A DNA stretch of 64,000 nt. It comes from a bacterium. Lineage in GTDB: Bacteria; Zhuqueibacterota; Zhuqueibacteria; Oceanimicrobiales; Oceanimicrobiaceae. The notes under the pieces are model-generated. The model did not search any database, was not told the origin of the DNA, and saw only the letters and a program-made list of their open reading frames with translations. The position numbers and the translations under genes were made by a program. Every line of letters begins with the position of its first letter. Position 1 is the stretch's first letter. This document shows positions 10,352 to 20,852 of this stretch, piece after piece. The stretch covers positions 28,702 to 92,701 of the forward strand of contig JBHHXN010000004.1 of NCBI GenBank assembly GCA_046757025.1, written 5' to 3'.

Positions 10352-10499
10352 TAGTGATTGACCGAAAACGAACATCTTCATGCTGAGCGGAGTCAAAGCA
10401 TGACTAAAAAACAACAGCTTATCACCCTTCGACGCAGTTTATCCTGAGCTTGTCGAAGGGCTCTGGGTGAAGAAATATGGACTTTTCGGTCAATCACTA
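10352..10499. repeat. TIR-bounded REP-doublet element
   Basis: Perfect 17-bp inverted ends TAGTGATTGACCGAAAA / TTTTCGGTCAATCACTA; internal CATGCTGAGCGGAGTC and CTTCGAC..GTCGAAG palindromes. Confidence 0.85.
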
Positions 10500-10600
10500 G
10501 TTACAATAACCATTTTAACTGATTGTGTTTTATTAGCTAACAACCAACGGCTAATTGCGAATCGCGCAATTTAGGTTCTCTTTTAATTGCTGATGATGCT

Positions 10601-13018
10601 CTAAGCAGTTTGCAGTTCCTTCACGGGCTGCTTTTTCGAGGTTTTCTTCTCTAAAAATTGCAGCAAAGCTGGCAAAACCAACATGGCCGTGACAAACGCA
10701 GCACTGATACCGATGATGGCCAGATCGCCGATGGAATTCAAGCCTGGATGTCGCGCCAGAATTAATCCAGAATAGCCCACGATGGTGGTTAAGGTGGTCA
10801 TAGCAATGGCCATTCCGGTGTTTCTTAAGACGTGGTAAAGAGAGCCGGGGCCTTCTTCCAGATAGCGGTGGTACAAATGCACGCCGTTGTCCACTCCGAT
10901 GCCGATGATACTGGGAAGCACCACAATGTTAAAGAAATTGAGTTTCATCCCGGTGAGATACATGACCACGCCCATCCACACTACACCGACTACCAAAGGA
11001 GTTAGCACAAACAAGGTGGCTTTGAAGCTATTGAAATCGATGAACACGATTATAAACACCACAAAAAAAGTCAGAATCACTGCCAACCTCCCCTCGCGAA
11101 TTAAGATCGTCAGCATCTCAGCCAGAATAATGTTTGAGCTGGAAGCATAATACGTTTTGCCGGACGCGGTAGTCATCTTGCCGATATCCCGGCGAAATTC
11201 AATGGCGTTACGGCCGTCTTTCAAGGCGACGCTGGGATAGATGAAAACAAAATTACCCACCTCGCCTTTTTTGTTGATGAATTGTCTTTTGTCTTTTTCA
11301 GGAAAATCCTCCCAGGTGAACGGCGCTTCCACCTGTAAGTAGCCGTACAATTTGTCCAGTCTTTCTTTATCTTCGCCCTTCACCACGTCTTCGGCTTCCT
11401 CGTCGATGAGCTGTCTTATTTGCTTGATTTTCGCGATTTTCTCAAACTGATCATCCGGCACCAGCGAAAACGCCGAGCGCACAGTTTTAACCGTTGGCGA
11501 AGTGGTGTCGCTTTTGATGATCGCTTTCACGGCTGTCACAATTTCTTCGGTCTCCGCTTTGGTGTCGGCCATTACCAGCGCCGGCGATTCGGACAGTTTG
11601 AACGCCCCCTCGGATTTTTTGCCGATCAACTCCCGCTCTTTGATATTGGCCCGCAGATTGGTAAAATCGTATTCAAAACTTACCTGACTGAAACTGTAAA
11701 CAGCAAACAGCGTGATCAGACCCGAGATCAGCAAGATCGGTTTAGCATATTTGAATTCCCTGCGCTGAAAGCTCATGCTCTTAGCCGGCACCGGCTTGAT
11801 TTTCAGCAAATGCCACTTTTCAAACAAGGTGATCATAGCGGGCAGCACCACCACCATGGCCACCAGCGCAAATAACATTCCCACGCCGGCGATGAAACCC
11901 AGATCGGAGAAGCCTTTGAAATCCATCAGCGTGAGCGACAAAAACGCCGCCGAAGTCGTGACCGCAGTGGTGGCCAGGGCCTTACCCGTTTGGTTGACCA
12001 GTTTCTCGATGGCGGCTTCAAAGCTCAAGCCGCTTCTTCGACTCTCCGAATATCGGGCGAAAGCGTGAATGCCGTAGTCGATTCCCAGTCCAAATAAAAT
12101 CACAAACAAAAAGCCGGTGATGGTATTTAAATTCCCAATGACCCAGTAGGTCAAACCAAACGTCCAGGTCAGCGACATCAGCAGGGTTAAGGTAATCATG
12201 AATGCACCGGCAAAGCGACGAAAATAGAGAATGATCAACAAAAACACGCCGCCAAAGCCGTAATAAGCCGTACCGAGGATGTCCCTTTTCACCACCGCGT
12301 ATTCATCTAATTTGGTTTTGAAATTGCCGCCGTAATAAATCGCCATTTCGGGATCGTACTTTTGTGGCTCTGCGGCTTCGACAATGGCCGTGACTTCGTC
12401 GTAAAAATCCTGTACAAAAGCCAGGTCGGTGTTGGTGCTGGTGGGCATCACTTTCATGATCAGCACAGTGCTGTCTTTGTTGATGTAATATTCATTGGGT
12501 TCTTTGTACTGGTATTCTTCTTCCCAGCTCGCCCAGCTCTCGTCTTCCGTTGATTCCTCATCGTCTGCAAAAAGGTCATCCACAAACAGAGGATTGAGCT
12601 TTTGTTTCTCCGCATCGATTTTATCCTGAATGCCCTCGTAAAGCGCGTCGATCTCCTCCAGGTCCATCAGCAGCAAACCGTATTTTTTGTAAAAAGCCAC
12701 GTCGTTTTTGTAATCCACATAATTGACAATGGGACTGGCAAGCAGTTTATTTTCCAGAGCGGCCGCAAACGCTTTGGCAGAATCGAGGTGGCTGGTTTCC
12801 AGGATTATTTTTAAATTGCCCACGCCGCCCACTTCTTCCTTGATGGCGTTCAGGGCTTTTACGCTTTCGAAATTATTGGGCAACAATTCAGCCAAATCAG
12901 TCTGCAAAGTCAACTTGGAAGAATAGTAGCCGCCAACAATACTGAGCAAAAGCGCTACGAGTAAAATGGGTACATAATACTTATAAACCACATAATATTT
13001 CTCAGAAAATCTGAACAT
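10601..13018 (-). CDS. MMPL/RND family transporter (HpnN-like lipid exporter)
   Basis: 805 aa with two TM repeats containing 'GLGIDYGIH' and 'GIGVDNGVH'. Confidence 0.92.
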   Translation of the reverse strand: MFRFSEKYYVVYKYYVPILLVALLLSIVGGYYSSKLTLQTDLAELLPNNFESVKALNAIKEEVGGVGNLKIILETSHLDSAKAFAAALENKLLASPIVNYVDYKNDVAFYKKYGLLLMDLEEIDALYEGIQDKIDAEKQKLNPLFVDDLFADDEESTEDESWASWEEEYQYKEPNEYYINKDSTVLIMKVMPTSTNTDLAFVQDFYDEVTAIVEAAEPQKYDPEMAIYYGGNFKTKLDEYAVVKRDILGTAYYGFGGVFLLIILYFRRFAGAFMITLTLLMSLTWTFGLTYWVIGNLNTITGFLFVILFGLGIDYGIHAFARYSESRRSGLSFEAAIEKLVNQTGKALATTAVTTSAAFLSLTLMDFKGFSDLGFIAGVGMLFALVAMVVVLPAMITLFEKWHLLKIKPVPAKSMSFQRREFKYAKPILLISGLITLFAVYSFSQVSFEYDFTNLRANIKERELIGKKSEGAFKLSESPALVMADTKAETEEIVTAVKAIIKSDTTSPTVKTVRSAFSLVPDDQFEKIAKIKQIRQLIDEEAEDVVKGEDKERLDKLYGYLQVEAPFTWEDFPEKDKRQFINKKGEVGNFVFIYPSVALKDGRNAIEFRRDIGKMTTASGKTYYASSSNIILAEMLTILIREGRLAVILTFFVVFIIVFIDFNSFKATLFVLTPLVVGVVWMGVVMYLTGMKLNFFNIVVLPSIIGIGVDNGVHLYHRYLEEGPGSLYHVLRNTGMAIAMTTLTTIVGYSGLILARHPGLNSIGDLAIIGISAAFVTAMLVLPALLQFLEKKTSKKQPVKELQTA

Positions 13019-13051
13019 GTGCTATCCTTTTGTTGTTTTGGAATTAAAACG

Positions 13052-13235
13052 AATAGTATGAATGACCAGTTGAAAATCTGTATTGATTGATCATTGAATA
13101 GTTATCATGGTTTCCCGAATTTACTTAGGGACTCACCATGAAAAAATCCCCTTCGGCTTGAGCGGAAGATACGCTTCAACCGGAGTCCCGAAACAAGTTC
13201 GGGAATGGCTATGTTTTCAACGGGTCATTCCTATT
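13052..13235. repeat. TIR-bounded REP-doublet element (CCCGAA..TTCGGG type)
   Basis: GAATGACCAGTTGAAAA (13060-13076) / TTTTCAACGGGTCATTC (13214-13230); internal TCCCGAAACAAGTTCGGGA. Confidence 0.65.
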
Positions 13236-13314
13236 AATAAATTAGAATCTAACATTTCTCACTTTAAGTTATGCATCTATGTTCATATTAAATAATTAGA
13301 TATGACAGGTTCAC

Positions 13315-13385
13315 TTCATGCTGAGCGGAGTCGAAGCATGAATTACAGCCAGAACTAGTCACCCTTCGACTCCGCTCAGGGTGAA
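13315..13385. repeat. REP doublet
   Basis: Perfect inverted CTGAGCGGAGTCGAAG (13321-13336) / CTTCGACTCCGCTCAG (13364-13379). Confidence 0.75.
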
Positions 13386-13735
13386 AGTAGAACAATCAGT
13401 AACCTCTTAATTAACAGTTGGTTTATGAATCACGTCACGAAGTGAGAAATGTTAATTAGAATGTAAAATTATTTCAAAAATCATTTTCAAACTTGAAATT
13501 TATCATATAAACCATAAAAAGCAATAAATTGTTTCCAACAATTGCTCCGCTGTTCACCGACAACACCAGACCGGTAGCCGATTATTGAGTAAAGTAGGTA
13601 TTGTTCGAAAAGGAACTTATCACTTTACTCGTTTAACCAGATAAATATCCAACTTAGTGCTTGCAATGCATGTTTGAATAAACTAAATTAGCGTCATTTC
13701 ATTCCAACAAACATAACGGGATTACAAATCTGAGC

Positions 13736-15253
13736 TTGAAAAACTTACCAGAAACTGCACAAAACAGCACAGACGGGCAAATTCAAAAAAAGCGCTCAAA
13801 CGTGGCCGGCAAAGCCGGTTTGATGGTAATGAGCCGGGCGGTGACCATCACTGTGCAGATGCTTTCGTTGATGGCGCTGACCCGTATTCTCACCAAAGAG
13901 GATTTCGGGCTGCTGACCTTTGTGCTGCTGGCATACGCTACCGTGACCACGCTTTCGCAGGTAGGCTTGCCGGACAGCATCTTTTATTATTTCGAGCGCG
14001 TCCCCCCCGAATCCCGAAAAACCCTGGCGTACCTCACCAGCAAAACTCTGCTCAAAATCGGTCTGGGCACTTCTATTTTGTTCGTGGTCTTGACATTCGT
14101 GGCTCCGCTCTGGGGGCACCCGGTAGACGGATTATTCATTCCCTTGATTTTCCTGGCGCTTTTGGAGCTGCCCACCATTCCCGTTCCCAATGTGTTGATC
14201 GCCATCGATCGCGCCAAAGACGCGGCCTGGTTTAACATCGTGGCCAGCGTTTTGCAGTTAGCCACTTTGATCGTGCCGGCACTGATGGGTCAACCGCTGC
14301 TCATCATTCTGCTGAGTTACCTGGGATATGGCGTTGTGCGCTTTCTGTTAAGCGTTTATTTGTTTTTTAAAAATTTCAAAGGTCAATCTGGTGAACTGCC
14401 GGCAGGCATGGCACGCGAGCAGTTGCTTTACTCGTTACCGCTGGGATTGGCGCAGATGCTCTGGGGGCTGAATCGGCAGATTGATAAATACATCATTGCG
14501 GCCTTTTTTCCCATCGCCATCTTTGCGGAGTACAGCATCGGCGCCTGGGAAATCCCTCTGATTCCCTCTATTGCCTACGCGGTGGCTTCGGTGATGATGC
14601 CGCAATTTGTGGCAAACCATATAAAAAATGATCGGGAAGGCTTGCTTTCGCTCTGGTTCACTTCCATCCAAAAGGTCTCTATCATCGTACTACCGCTGAC
14701 CATTCTGTTTTTGATCAGCGCGGAAGAGTTCATTGCGGTTTGTTTTTCCGAAAAATATCTCGCAGCGGCGGTACCTTTTCGAATTTACACCCTGATCCTC
14801 CTGCAGCGGGTGGCCGCTTACAGCTCCATGCACCGGGCACTGGGTAACACTAAGGTCATATCTTACGCAGCCGCATATCTTTTGCTGATCAACGTGGGCT
14901 TGAGCCTGCCGCTGGTTATTTTGATGGGGGTAGCCGGACCGCCCACGGCGACGCTGCTGGCCAACATCTTCACCTGGGTTTACACTTTACAGAAAATGCG
15001 CCGCACGCTTGCCGTGTCTTTCAAAGAGGTCTTTCCGTTTCGTTTTTATGGCAAAACGCTGCTTACGGCGGTGATGGCCGGTATACCGGTTTTTATTCTA
15101 AAAATGAATGTGAACTATTCTTACGCGGTTGATTTGATCTGGATGGCGACGCTTTATTTGACCCTGTACGCCCTGCTCTCAAAAGTTGCCGGAGTGGTCA
15201 AAAAAGAAGATTGGCAGTTTCTGGCCAGAGGATTGAAACTGAAAGCGCAGTGA
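13736..15253 (+). CDS. Oligosaccharide flippase (Wzx/MOP superfamily)
   Basis: 505 aa with many TM helices; 'LTRILTKEDFG', 'QIDKYII' Wzx-like motifs. Confidence 0.85.
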   Translation: MKNLPETAQNSTDGQIQKKRSNVAGKAGLMVMSRAVTITVQMLSLMALTRILTKEDFGLLTFVLLAYATVTTLSQVGLPDSIFYYFERVPPESRKTLAYLTSKTLLKIGLGTSILFVVLTFVAPLWGHPVDGLFIPLIFLALLELPTIPVPNVLIAIDRAKDAAWFNIVASVLQLATLIVPALMGQPLLIILLSYLGYGVVRFLLSVYLFFKNFKGQSGELPAGMAREQLLYSLPLGLAQMLWGLNRQIDKYIIAAFFPIAIFAEYSIGAWEIPLIPSIAYAVASVMMPQFVANHIKNDREGLLSLWFTSIQKVSIIVLPLTILFLISAEEFIAVCFSEKYLAAAVPFRIYTLILLQRVAAYSSMHRALGNTKVISYAAAYLLLINVGLSLPLVILMGVAGPPTATLLANIFTWVYTLQKMRRTLAVSFKEVFPFRFYGKTLLTAVMAGIPVFILKMNVNYSYAVDLIWMATLYLTLYALLSKVAGVVKKEDWQFLARGLKLKAQ

Positions 15254-15254
15254 T

Positions 15255-17030
15255 TCAACTAAAATGTTTTTCCACCCACCAGCTAAAAATTAAAATTGAC
15301 CAGAGCTTTAGTCCCACATTTTTGCCCTTTAAATGCGACTGCATCAAAGCAGAAATAAAATCAACATCTACCCATTGGGTGATTTTTGAATTCTCCAGGA
15401 CGGTATCTTCAAAAACGGCATGCAACGGCCCTTTGAGCCATTCTCCGACAGGCACGGTAAATCCATGTTTCGGCCGGCGGATAATTTCTATGGGAATATG
15501 TGGTTTGGCCACTTCCTTTAAAAGCCGTTTTTTCTCTTTTAATCCAGTTTTAAAATTTCCGGACAAGGTCAAAACGTATTCAGCAACCTTTTGATCCAGG
15601 TAGGGTACGCGCGTTTCCAGGGAAGCCAGCATGCCCATTTTGTCCACCTTCATGAGCAAATCATCCACCAACCAATTGCGTAGATCGGTATAGAGCATGC
15701 TGTTTAGATGCCCGGCATCCTGGAAAAACGCTTGATCAGTACGCATTTTTTGTTCTGCGTCCATTTGGTCATCTTGAATAAAGCATCCCGGTAAAAGCCT
15801 TTTGCGCTCTGGTTCATGGAACAGACACGGACCCGGCAGGTTTATTTTGGTAAACATCCCGCTCAGGAACGTTCTACTCAAGAGATCTTTCAGCGCGTAT
15901 AAATGGTACCGTTTGTAACCACCAAAAAGTTCATCCGCACCCTCACCTGAAAGCACGACTTTTACTTTTTCAGCCGCAAATCGACTCATCAAATAGGTTG
16001 GTAAAATGGCGTAATCGGCTATCGGTTCATCCAACTGTTCGATGATGAATGGCAAGTGCTTCAGCGCTTCGGTGCCGGTTACGTTTATTTCATGATGATG
16101 GGTTTGGTATTTTTCAGCTAAAATACGTGCGTAATCAATTTCATTAAATTTAGAGCCCTGGCCAAATCCCACAGAAAAAGTGTTCAACGGTTCCTGGCTA
16201 TTTTGCGCCGCGAAGGCCAACAGGCAGGAAGAATCCACCCCGCCGCTTAAAAACACGCCCACCGGTACATCGCTCACCAGGTGGCCCTTCACGGCCTCGT
16301 TGAAGAGACCATCCAGTTGGATTGCAGCCTGAGACATGGTGACGCCATTTTGCAACGCCGGTGCTGGCTGCCAATATCGGTACTCGCTTTTCGACTCCCG
16401 AACAATCTCCATCACGGAGGCCGGGGGAAGTTTCTCTATTCCGTTGAAAATGGTGCAATTGCCGCCGACGTATTGCCGAGTAAAATAAAAATTCACCGCG
16501 GCTGGATTCAACTCATTTAATTGTGGCAGGACACTGCGAATGGCTTTGATCTCGGAAGCAAAATATATTTTGCCTTCGAAATCGCAATGATAAAGCGGCT
16601 TGATGCCGATGCGGTCACGGGTTAAAATCAGTTTCCGTTTTGTGCGATCCCACAGAGCAAAAGCGAACATACCCGAAATGTAATCCAGAAACGACATGCC
16701 GTATTTTTCATACAGGGCCAGAATGACTTCGGTATCGCTTCTGGTTTTAAACGGATACCCTTCAGCTACAAGATTTTGTCGCAGCTGAGGAAAATTGTAA
16801 ATTTCACCGTTGTAAGTGATGATGGACTGTCCGGTCGGAGAGGTCATGGGCTGTTGCCCGCTATCGATGTCGATGATGCTGAGCCGGCGATGCCCAAAAG
16901 CCACCGCATCTTCTTGAAAAAAACCACTGCCATCCGGACCGCGATGCGCCAGCACTTCGGTCATCTGTTCGATTTCTCGCTTTGCAGGCGGCGCCGAGTT
17001 GTAAGCGTAAATTCCAGCGATTCCACACAT
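15255..17030 (-). CDS. asnB: Asparagine synthase (glutamine-hydrolysing)-like amidotransferase
   Basis: MCGIAG N-terminus, HRGPD, GHRRLSIID, LSGGVDSS, SGEGADELFGGY. Confidence 0.93.
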   Translation of the reverse strand: MCGIAGIYAYNSAPPAKREIEQMTEVLAHRGPDGSGFFQEDAVAFGHRRLSIIDIDSGQQPMTSPTGQSIITYNGEIYNFPQLRQNLVAEGYPFKTRSDTEVILALYEKYGMSFLDYISGMFAFALWDRTKRKLILTRDRIGIKPLYHCDFEGKIYFASEIKAIRSVLPQLNELNPAAVNFYFTRQYVGGNCTIFNGIEKLPPASVMEIVRESKSEYRYWQPAPALQNGVTMSQAAIQLDGLFNEAVKGHLVSDVPVGVFLSGGVDSSCLLAFAAQNSQEPLNTFSVGFGQGSKFNEIDYARILAEKYQTHHHEINVTGTEALKHLPFIIEQLDEPIADYAILPTYLMSRFAAEKVKVVLSGEGADELFGGYKRYHLYALKDLLSRTFLSGMFTKINLPGPCLFHEPERKRLLPGCFIQDDQMDAEQKMRTDQAFFQDAGHLNSMLYTDLRNWLVDDLLMKVDKMGMLASLETRVPYLDQKVAEYVLTLSGNFKTGLKEKKRLLKEVAKPHIPIEIIRRPKHGFTVPVGEWLKGPLHAVFEDTVLENSKITQWVDVDFISALMQSHLKGKNVGLKLWSILIFSWWVEKHFS

Positions 17031-17031
17031 T

Positions 17032-18264
17032 TTAATTTCGATATTTTTTCATTATTTGATAAAGCGCCGACACATTTTTTTTGACATCGAATTTTTCGCA
17101 CGCCGTGTTCCGGGCCGCCGTTCGCATGGCGGATAAATCCTTTGCTTCCAAAAAAGCCATCATAGCTTTGCTTAGAGCCTGCGAATCGCCTGCAGGAATG
17201 AGCATCCCGTTTACGCCGTTTGTAATCGCCTCCGGAATGCCGGAAATATTTGTACCGATGATGGGCAGGCCGTGTGCCAGAGCTTCCAGACAAACATTGG
17301 GCAGGCCATCGCGATCGCCGTGCTCATCGATAATGGAGGGCATGACCAAAGCGTGGCAAGAGTCATAAATTTGGCTCATAGTATGTGGTGGCACGTAACC
17401 AGGCAGGTCCACAGTGTCATGCAAACACCGTGCGCGAATTTGCTCTCTAAATGATTCCTCCAACGGGCCCTCGCCCACGATTTTGCACTTGAATCGATAG
17501 CCCGCCTCCTTTAAGCTCTGGCACGCTTCCAATAAATATTCGTAGCCTTTCTTAGGCACAAATCGACCCACGGCCAAAAAGGTAAAGGAATTGATTGGTT
17601 TTGCTTTCTGTTCGTGCTCTTTAGACAAAGCCAATCCGTGATGAATGGCAAACAATTTCGAGTTGACCCCCTTATCTACATTTTGCAAAAACTCTGCATT
17701 AAAATTTGTGCAAGTCACCACGTAATTGGCTTTTTGAATTTTAGTCAGCATTCCACTGTTATCTTTGTAGATATCCATGGCGTGAGCGGTGCAGCCAAAA
17801 GGAATTTTTGTTAAAATAGAAAGATACAACGCTGTTTCAGTAGGCGCCGTTAAAAAATGGGCATGTATCAAATCAACCTGCTGTATTTTGATTTTTTCTG
17901 CAATCGCCGCTGCGCGAAACAGACAAACCAAACTTCGGCCGAGCTTTGGACGACGGTGTCCGAAAGTAATAAATTGTTGCCACGCCTGAATGTAAACGAC
18001 TGGATTTTTAACTTTGAAAATGGCATGTCGGAACAAACACCCGGGCGTAAACGGATTTTCGGGAATTTGGATAAAACGCGTCTTTAATGATTTTTCATCG
18101 TCGGTTAAATCTTCGCGTTCGATCACGGTGCGGGCGCCTACGAGCAATTCCACTCCCTGACTTTTCAGCTCCACCATTTCTCGCGTGATAAAATTCTGTG
18201 ACCACTCAAACAGGCGATTTACAATGACGAAAACTCGCAAATTATCTGGCGCTGACTTTTTCAT
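17032..18264 (-). CDS. Glycosyltransferase family 4 (WcaL-like)
   Basis: IHAHF, TAHAMDI, VGRFVPKKG, 'DRDGLPNVCLEALAHG'. Confidence 0.9.
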   Translation of the reverse strand: MKKSAPDNLRVFVIVNRLFEWSQNFITREMVELKSQGVELLVGARTVIEREDLTDDEKSLKTRFIQIPENPFTPGCLFRHAIFKVKNPVVYIQAWQQFITFGHRRPKLGRSLVCLFRAAAIAEKIKIQQVDLIHAHFLTAPTETALYLSILTKIPFGCTAHAMDIYKDNSGMLTKIQKANYVVTCTNFNAEFLQNVDKGVNSKLFAIHHGLALSKEHEQKAKPINSFTFLAVGRFVPKKGYEYLLEACQSLKEAGYRFKCKIVGEGPLEESFREQIRARCLHDTVDLPGYVPPHTMSQIYDSCHALVMPSIIDEHGDRDGLPNVCLEALAHGLPIIGTNISGIPEAITNGVNGMLIPAGDSQALSKAMMAFLEAKDLSAMRTAARNTACEKFDVKKNVSALYQIMKKYRN

Positions 18265-19468
18265 ATTCCTGCAATCGCTGGCTTAAAAACTCGGCGATCC
18301 TTTTTGCGCGCTGCTGCCAGGTGAATTTTTCCGAATCCAATCTGGCTTGTCTTGCAATGGAATGGGCCCAGGCTCGGTCTGCAAAAAGTTTACGCAGCGC
18401 AACGCTTGCGGATTCGACGTCATCCGGTGGCACCAATGCCGCGTTCTTTTCATGGAGGACGCCTTGTGTGTCCGGCAAATCCGGCGCTAAAATCGGTACG
18501 CCAGCGGACAGGTAAAGAAAAGTCTTGATAGGTAGAATAGTACGGCCGTACTGCATCATGGGTTTGGCGCTGGGCGGGATGAGCAGCACATCGGAAGCAA
18601 ACAGATATTTCGGCAGCTCCAAAACGGGCGCCCAGGGAAACTGTTTCACGTTTTTAAGCTGATCTCTACGGGCAGCGGTGGTAATCCAATCGGCGCGGTC
18701 GGAGACGGTTTTGCCGATAAAATAAAATTTCAGCGCCGGCAGTCTGGCCGCCATTTGCAAAACCATCTCCAGCCCTTTCATTTTATCCAGACGACCTGCA
18801 TAACAGACGATCTGATCGTCTTCCGTCCAACCGAGCTGCTTGCGGGCTTCCTGCTGGCTCAAACGCGGCGCCAGCAGCGCTGGATTAAAACCATTGTGAA
18901 TGACTGCAATCTTGTTTTCGTCCGCTCCAGCCTGCACCAGACTCTCCTTCGCTGGAATGGAATGGGTGATGATTCCCAGCAAATTTCGCCGGTGGCTTAG
19001 TTTGGCGATTTTTTTCGCGCAATTCAGCGGTGAGCGCGCGTAAATCCGATAGGTTTCGAAAACCACGGGCAGACCCAGCTGCAGCGCCAGCAGCAACGAA
19101 GCCCGGTGGCGGGTGTAGATGAGATCGTGATGTTTGAGCCGGGCATACGGCGAGGCCAGCAAGGCATGTGAATATTTTTCCAACCGCAACGGCATGCGCG
19201 GCAGATGCAGCAGCTCTTTCAATCCAAAACCGTTTGCCACGCGATAATAATTTCCGATGGCCTGTTTGCGCGATTCCGCGGCGACACCGAGATTTCGCCA
19301 CATTCTGGGAATGACAAGCTCGATGTTCAAGCCTTCCGCCGCCAAGGTCGAAACCGTGTTGATCACCTGCTCAGATTCCGCGTCTGAACGATCCAGCATA
19401 AATTGATTATCGGAAATATAGGCGATTTTCTTTTTTTTAATGGAGTTTTCCAACAAATTGCGTTTCAT
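18242..19468 (-). CDS. Glycosyltransferase family 4
   Basis: IHNGF, YAGRLDKMKG, 'PIKTFLYLSAGVPI' (GT-B fold). Confidence 0.85.
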   Translation of the reverse strand: MKRNLLENSIKKKKIAYISDNQFMLDRSDAESEQVINTVSTLAAEGLNIELVIPRMWRNLGVAAESRKQAIGNYYRVANGFGLKELLHLPRMPLRLEKYSHALLASPYARLKHHDLIYTRHRASLLLALQLGLPVVFETYRIYARSPLNCAKKIAKLSHRRNLLGIITHSIPAKESLVQAGADENKIAVIHNGFNPALLAPRLSQQEARKQLGWTEDDQIVCYAGRLDKMKGLEMVLQMAARLPALKFYFIGKTVSDRADWITTAARRDQLKNVKQFPWAPVLELPKYLFASDVLLIPPSAKPMMQYGRTILPIKTFLYLSAGVPILAPDLPDTQGVLHEKNAALVPPDDVESASVALRKLFADRAWAHSIARQARLDSEKFTWQQRAKRIAEFLSQRLQEYEKVSAR

Positions 19469-19728
19469 CTTTGTTGATAAATAATGCTTATGACCCCAAT
19501 GAACGAACGTAAAAAAATATAGATAAACCTGCCCTCAGATGCAACTGCTTTTTGTTGGACTGTTAATGAGTGTTTGAACGAAAACTCGAGAAATGCGCGA
19601 TTGAAAACCTCTACGCGAAGGTCTCCTCAGAATGACATCAAACCCGAGAGGTGGGGTGTGCGCAATTTACTGATCAAAACAAATCTAATTCATCTCTGGA
19701 AAATAAGTAAATAGGAGGATGCGGTCAG

Positions 19729-20739
19729 TTACGGAAGAGAACTTTCTTCTGTGACTTTGCCGTGTAACAGGCGCGCGGTTTTGGCCTGCAGGCGTTCTTT
19801 CACTTCGCGCGCCACAAACTGCACGGGGTACTGGTTGGCCAGGGAGTCCGACACCACACAATAGACACCGCAGCCATCCTGGCAATCTTTCTTCTTATTG
19901 TAACTGCGCAGCATTTCGGGTGTTACATCCAGCAAATCGATATTGGGCCGGCGCTGCATGCTGCACAACCAGAATTTGCCGCGTGCGGAAACGAAAAAAT
20001 ATTTGTAGCCCGCCACGCAGGTCCAGTCGCGGCCGCCGCCGTTGAGCAGGGATTTCTGGTAGTCGAATAAAAAACCAGTGGTGTGAATTTTCTGGCCTTT
20101 TTTCTTGGCGTCGATTTGAAAATCGAGCAGCGATTTCAACGCGACTTTGTCGCCGTTGTTCACGCCGTATTTGCCGTTGGGACCGGCATGCACTAAACGC
20201 GCATGGGTGGGGATGTCATGGGCAATTCCATATTCCAAAACCTGCCTGGCTTCGTTCAGGGATTCTTTGAACAGCACCCCGGTAATATTAAATTTCAGGC
20301 TTGATTTTTTGAGCAGCTCAATTTTTGGGATAACGGTTTTCAGGGATTTTCGGGTTGAGGGTATGGGCGTCATGCGATCCACGGAAATTTGCAGGGAGTC
20401 TAAACCGGCGGCTTCCAGCCCGCTGATGAGCTCGGCCGTGAGTTTGAAACCGTTGGTGGACATGCTGGTGCGCAAATCCAGCTCTTTGCAATAGCGCACG
20501 ATTTCCACGATATTCGGGTGCAGCAGCGGTTCCCCGCCCTGCAGCCCGATGCGAATGCAGCCCAATTCTTTGATTTTATCCAGCCATTTTTTTACGTCAT
20601 CCAGAGACGGATGCGGCACGCTGTTGTCGTATTCCGTACAATAATGGCAGTCCAGATTGCATTGGTCCGTTACATAAAAATGACAGGCAATCGGTTTATC
20701 ATCAAACTCACGTTTAGCCATTTTAAGCCAGAACGCCAT
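19729..20739 (-). CDS. Radical SAM protein with Cys-rich C-terminal (twitch/SPASM-like) extension, paralog 2
   Basis: CNLDCHYC, GGEPLLHP, CVAG..C..CQDGCGVYC. Confidence 0.9.
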   Translation of the reverse strand: MAFWLKMAKREFDDKPIACHFYVTDQCNLDCHYCTEYDNSVPHPSLDDVKKWLDKIKELGCIRIGLQGGEPLLHPNIVEIVRYCKELDLRTSMSTNGFKLTAELISGLEAAGLDSLQISVDRMTPIPSTRKSLKTVIPKIELLKKSSLKFNITGVLFKESLNEARQVLEYGIAHDIPTHARLVHAGPNGKYGVNNGDKVALKSLLDFQIDAKKKGQKIHTTGFLFDYQKSLLNGGGRDWTCVAGYKYFFVSARGKFWLCSMQRRPNIDLLDVTPEMLRSYNKKKDCQDGCGVYCVVSDSLANQYPVQFVAREVKERLQAKTARLLHGKVTEESSLP

Positions 20740-20852
20740 CTTATTCCTCCATTAAAATAAGGGGGACCGGCAAAACCGCTGGTCCGCGTAAAATTCAATT
20801 CTTGCTATTGAACCGCATAATCCAGGATAGATTAGGCAACTTCCCCTGGAAT

